Source of the DNA: Acidobacteriota bacterium
Lineage (GTDB): Bacteria > Acidobacteriota > UBA6911
Length of the DNA stretch: 64,000 nucleotides
NCBI GenBank assembly: GCA_963664705.1
Contig: OY761556.1
Coordinates: forward strand, 1,984,001 to 2,048,000
Direction of reading: 5' to 3'
Shown here: one piece after another, positions 60,502 through 64,000 of the stretch
Layout: each line of letters begins with the position of its first letter
Numbering within the stretch: position 1 is the stretch's first letter
The notes under the pieces: generated by a model
Seen by the model: the letters and a program-made list of their open reading frames with translations, nothing else
Database searches by the model: none
What the model was told of the DNA's origin: nothing
Position numbers and translations under genes: made by a program

Positions 60502-61269
60502 ATGAGAAGCTCATTGTACAGGTTCACTGCCGCGGTCATCGTTCTGACGGCTTTGATGCTTTCTGGAACGAGCTGCAGAAAGAATCCCCCAGTTCAACCG
60601 CCTGCCCCGGCGAAAGAGACGCCTCCACCGCCTCCTGCGCCGCCGACTCCGGCTCCCACGATTTCCTTGAGTGCGTCTCCATCCGCCATTGAGCGAGGAC
60701 AGTCTGCAACGCTTTCATGGAATTCCACCAACGCCACGGGCATAACCATCGATAATGGCGTGGGGACCGTCGAAGCCTCCGGCAGCCGTGCGGTACGGCC
60801 GCAATCTTCCACGACGTACATGATTCGTGCAACCGGCCCCGGCGGCAATGCTGTGGCCGAGGCCAGAGTCACGGTCACGGTTCCAACCGTCGTTACACCA
60901 CCGCAGCCTCAGCCCATTAGCGACACCGAGTTCTTCACCTCGAGTATCAAGGATGCCTTCTTTGATTATGATCAATACAGCATCCGTGAGGATGCCAGGC
61001 AAGCTTTGATGGCTGATGCCCGCGCATTGGCGCAAAGACCTGGAATCCGGATAACGATTGAAGGGCATGCCGATGAGCGCGGGTCCGAGAAATACAATCT
61101 CGCACTCGGCGACCGAAGAGCCAATGCGGCGAAGGAATTTCTGGTCAGCCAGGGAGTCGATGCCAGCCGTATTGATACCACTTCGTACGGCAAAGAGCGG
61201 AATTTCTGTGAAGAGCATACCGAGGAATGCTGGCAGCTGAACCGCCGCGCTCATCTGGTAATGCGCTAA
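60502..61269 (+). CDS. pal: Peptidoglycan-associated lipoprotein Pal with an extra Ig-like domain
   Basis: Lipobox GTSC; FFDYD, IEGHADERGSEKYNLALGDRRA, SYGKE and NRRA. Confidence 0.93.
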   Translation: MRSSLYRFTAAVIVLTALMLSGTSCRKNPPVQPPAPAKETPPPPPAPPTPAPTISLSASPSAIERGQSATLSWNSTNATGITIDNGVGTVEASGSRAVRPQSSTTYMIRATGPGGNAVAEARVTVTVPTVVTPPQPQPISDTEFFTSSIKDAFFDYDQYSIREDARQALMADARALAQRPGIRITIEGHADERGSEKYNLALGDRRANAAKEFLVSQGVDASRIDTTSYGKERNFCEEHTEECWQLNRRAHLVMR

Positions 61270-61401
61270 GCAAGGATACTGGTTTGAAATCGCGGGAGGG
61301 CGGAAGGACTGCCGCAACAGTACTTCGGCCCTCCCTGTCCATTACCCCGTCAATCTGTGCCATAATACTGTGTGCAATCCCTGTTCAATAGGAGAAAGCG
61401 C

Positions 61402-62244
61402 ATGAAGCGAACACTGATTTTTTGCCTGCCCGTATTCCTGCTGTGCATCCTTCAGGCAGCATCGGCCGGCACAAGAGAGGATCTCCTGCGTTTGCAGAGC
61501 GATGTCAATGCGATGCAGGCTCAGATCCGAGACATTGATAGGAAGTTTGACGAACGCTACGATGGCATAAAAAGCCTGGTGGTCCAGCTGAACGACCAGG
61601 TGGCTAAATCGAGCCTGATATTGGATCGAATTGCCAGATCGCTCGAATCCCAGGCCGCCGGTACAAAGTCCAATGACCAGGCATTTTTGCAGGAGGTGCA
61701 TAACCTGTCGCTAAAGATGGACGATGTTACAACCCGCTTGTCCGCTCTGGCGCAACAGGTCAACGATTTGAAAGTGCAGGCCAAAGCGATAGCGACGGAG
61801 CCGGCAGCCAATTCGGTTGTTTCGCCACAATCGATCTTCGATCAGGCCTACAGTGATTACGTCCAGGGGAATTTCGATCTCGCAGCACAGGGTTTCTCGG
61901 ACTATCTGCGGAATAATCCGGCTTCAGACAAAACCGCGGCCGCGCAGTTTTATCTTGGCGACTCCTATGCACAACAGAGCAAAATATCTCAGGCTATCAC
62001 CGCCTTCACGCGGGTCATCAATGATTTCCCCGATGCAGAACAGGCAGCCAGCGCTTTGTATAAACGTGGAAGGGCTGAACTGCAGATGAAGGAAAGCGAC
62101 AACGCCATCGCCGATTTCAGGGCGGTGGTCGACAAATTCCCCGCTGCGCCCGAAGCGGAGCGGGCAAAAGACGAACTCCGGAAGTTGGGTGTCAGCATTA
62201 CCAAACCGGCAGCTGCCAAAGAGCCGCGCCGGCGATCAAAGTGA
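61402..62244 (+). CDS. cpoB: Tol-Pal protein CpoB/YbgF
   Basis: Signal peptide, coiled coil, then TPRs ([15 protein letters not shown]); directly after pal. Confidence 0.88.
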   Translation: MKRTLIFCLPVFLLCILQAASAGTREDLLRLQSDVNAMQAQIRDIDRKFDERYDGIKSLVVQLNDQVAKSSLILDRIARSLESQAAGTKSNDQAFLQEVHNLSLKMDDVTTRLSALAQQVNDLKVQAKAIATEPAANSVVSPQSIFDQAYSDYVQGNFDLAAQGFSDYLRNNPASDKTAAAQFYLGDSYAQQSKISQAITAFTRVINDFPDAEQAASALYKRGRAELQMKESDNAIADFRAVVDKFPAAPEAERAKDELRKLGVSITKPAAAKEPRRRSK

Positions 62245-62254
62245 GGTACACATA

Positions 62255-62698
62255 ATGGCTTCTCTGAACAAAGTTCTGCTCATCGGACATCTTGGAAAAG
62301 ATCCTGAAGTCCGCTATACGCCGGATGGTGCCGCTGTTGCTTCCTTCAGCCTCGCAACCAGCGAGGTGTTTAATGACAAGAATGGCACGCGCCAGGAGCG
62401 CACCGAGTGGCACAGGATCTCTGCCTGGGGCAAGCTGGCCGATATCTGCAAACAGTATCTTGCCAAAGGACGGCAGGTTTACATCGAGGGACGTATTCGA
62501 ACCCGCGAATATACGGATCGCGAAGGAATTAAGCGATATGCGACCGAAATTGTCGCCAACCAGATGATTATGCTGGGCGGACGTCCCCAAGGCGGAGAAG
62601 CGGGATACCAGTCCGGTACATCCGTCGCCAGACCGGTCGCAGATGCCGACCAGGCCTTCGGCGATCCGGGAATCACCGATAGCGATATTCCCTTTTAA
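62255..62698 (+). CDS. ssb: Single-stranded DNA-binding protein
   Basis: [32 protein letters not shown] and C-terminal DSDIPF. Confidence 0.96.
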   Translation: MASLNKVLLIGHLGKDPEVRYTPDGAAVASFSLATSEVFNDKNGTRQERTEWHRISAWGKLADICKQYLAKGRQVYIEGRIRTREYTDREGIKRYATEIVANQMIMLGGRPQGGEAGYQSGTSVARPVADADQAFGDPGITDSDIPF

Positions 62699-62767
62699 TA
62701 CCTGCGGGAGGGAGAGTGCATTCCGGTCCTCCCCCTCCCGCGTCATTTATTAGCAAGGCGGTTGTGC

Positions 62768-63820
62768 GTGTCAAAGGATTCCAAGCAAAAAAGACTGACC
62801 GAGTGCAGCAGTGCCGGTGGTTGAGCCAGCAAAATGAGTCCGGCGGTGCTGGACAAAGTTTTATCAAAGCTTCCACGCCAGGAGGACCCGCGTCTGCTGG
62901 TGGGCTTTGGAAAAAAGGATGATGCCGGAGTTTATCTTCTTCATGATGGACTCGCCCTGGTACAGACAACCGATTTCTTCACCCCTATCATCGACGATCC
63001 TTATCAGTACGGACAGATAGCCGCCGCCAATTCCCTTTCCGATGTCTATGCCATGGGGGGGCGTCCCATTACTGCCCTCTCCATAGTCTGTTATCCCGAA
63101 GACGGCGATCTCGAGATGCTCGAGCAAATCCTGGTCGGCGGCATGGACAAGATGATTGAAGCCGGCTGCACGGTAGTCGGCGGCCACATGGTGCGCGACG
63201 CCGAAGTTAAATTCGGCTACGCCGTCACCGGCACCGTTGATCCCAAGAACGTATGGACCAATGCCGGCTCTCATCCGGGGGATGTGCTGCTTTTAACCAA
63301 ACCTCTCGGCACTGGAGTGATCGCGACTGCTATTCGCGCCGGGAAATCCGAACCTGAATGGACCCAGGCTGCCATAGATGTAATGCGCCAACTGAATAAG
63401 GACGCGGCCATTGCTCTCGACGCGGTGAAGGATTCCATCCATGCGGTCACCGATATAACGGGATTCGGCTTCATCGGCCACACTCTCGAAATGGCGACCG
63501 GAAGCGAAGTCAGCATTCGCATCGAAAGCGGCAGCATCAGGCTGATTCCAGGAGCGATGGAGTGCGTGCGGCTGGGGTGCATCGCCGGCGGACTGAAAAA
63601 GAACCGCGCTTTTGTCGGCGCCGATGTGCAGTTCGCGGACGGAGTTTCTCCGGAATTGCAGCAACTGCTGTTCGATCCGCAGACATCCGGCGGACTGCTG
63701 ATCTCCATTCAGCCGGAAGCGGCGGAAGAAGCTTCCCGGTTGCTGGAAGCCGCCGGCTGCCAGGCCATGCGCATTGGCACCGCCATCGAAAAGATGGCTT
63801 TTCCCGTCCTGGTCATCTGA
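62768..63820 (+). CDS. selD: Selenide, water dikinase (selenophosphate synthetase), selenocysteine-containing
   Basis: GTG 62768 gives SKDSKQKRLTECSSAGG-UGA(62822-62824)-ASKMSP in frame with DDAGV, TTDFF, AAANSLSDVYAMGG, TDITGFG and DPQTSGGLL. Confidence 0.92.
62838..62854 (+). promoter_or_regulatory. Putative bacterial SECIS hairpin for selD
   Basis: GTCCGGC-GGT-GCTGGAC stem-loop; G-containing apical loop begins 20 nt after the UGA. Confidence 0.65.
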
Positions 63821-64000
63821 TCCTTTGGGAATATTCGACCGGGACCGTCTGCGCCTCGGCGAGCATCTCGCCGGCAAAATCCCAGTTGTGTCCACGACAC
63901 TGATGCCGCCGCGACGGCGACGGTTCCTGCATGCTAAAAGCGGTATTTGGCCTTCTTGACATCCTGGCGGAAATCCGGCCCCTGAATTTCTACCTCCCGA

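Noticed and set aside
63821-64000. tRNA-Sec or promoter after selD
   Set aside because: No cloverleaf is visible, and the TTGACA at 63956 lacks a properly spaced -10; the window ends here.

Overview
A 64-kb, roughly 53-55% GC (by eye) core-chromosome segment of a diderm, LPS-producing bacterium, most likely Acidobacteriota (inferred from the fused LptF-LptG, the Pal with an Ig-like insert, the Kgd-type fused E2-E1 2-oxoglutarate dehydrogenase and the HU N-terminus). It is mostly housekeeping: kgd (partial), lpdA-lipB-E2, two partial sets of complex I genes (nuoB-nuoD...nuoI and nuoABCDHIJKN, with no nuoEFG/LM in the window), a FadF/HdrD-like membrane Fe-S protein, tRNA-Leu(CAG), dcd-lptE-holA, rpsT, a frameshifted phoH, ddl, psd-pssA, recO-glyQS, ino1, ppdK, lpxD, murJ-xerD, lptFG, miaB, recN, tolQRAB-pal-cpoB, ssb and selD. 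No prophage, IS element or CRISPR array was seen. The most notable signals are: (1) an archaeal-type tetraether synthase (Tes/GDGT-MAS, MJ0619 family) radical-SAM gene with all recognisable metal-binding motifs, in a bacterium that also has LPS, inositol-phosphate and PS/PE headgroup genes; (2) a 28-bp dif site at 52985-53012 near xerD, marking the probable replication terminus; (3) a selenocysteine-recoded selD (in-frame UGA plus SECIS-like hairpin) that the ORF track truncates; (4) a Fur-ferritin/rubrerythrin fusion regulator inside the second, scattered nuoB/D/I set, whose NuoD has a 48-aa insertion; (5) a stand-alone Hanks-type pseudokinase. All assignments come from reading motifs by eye; no database search was run.
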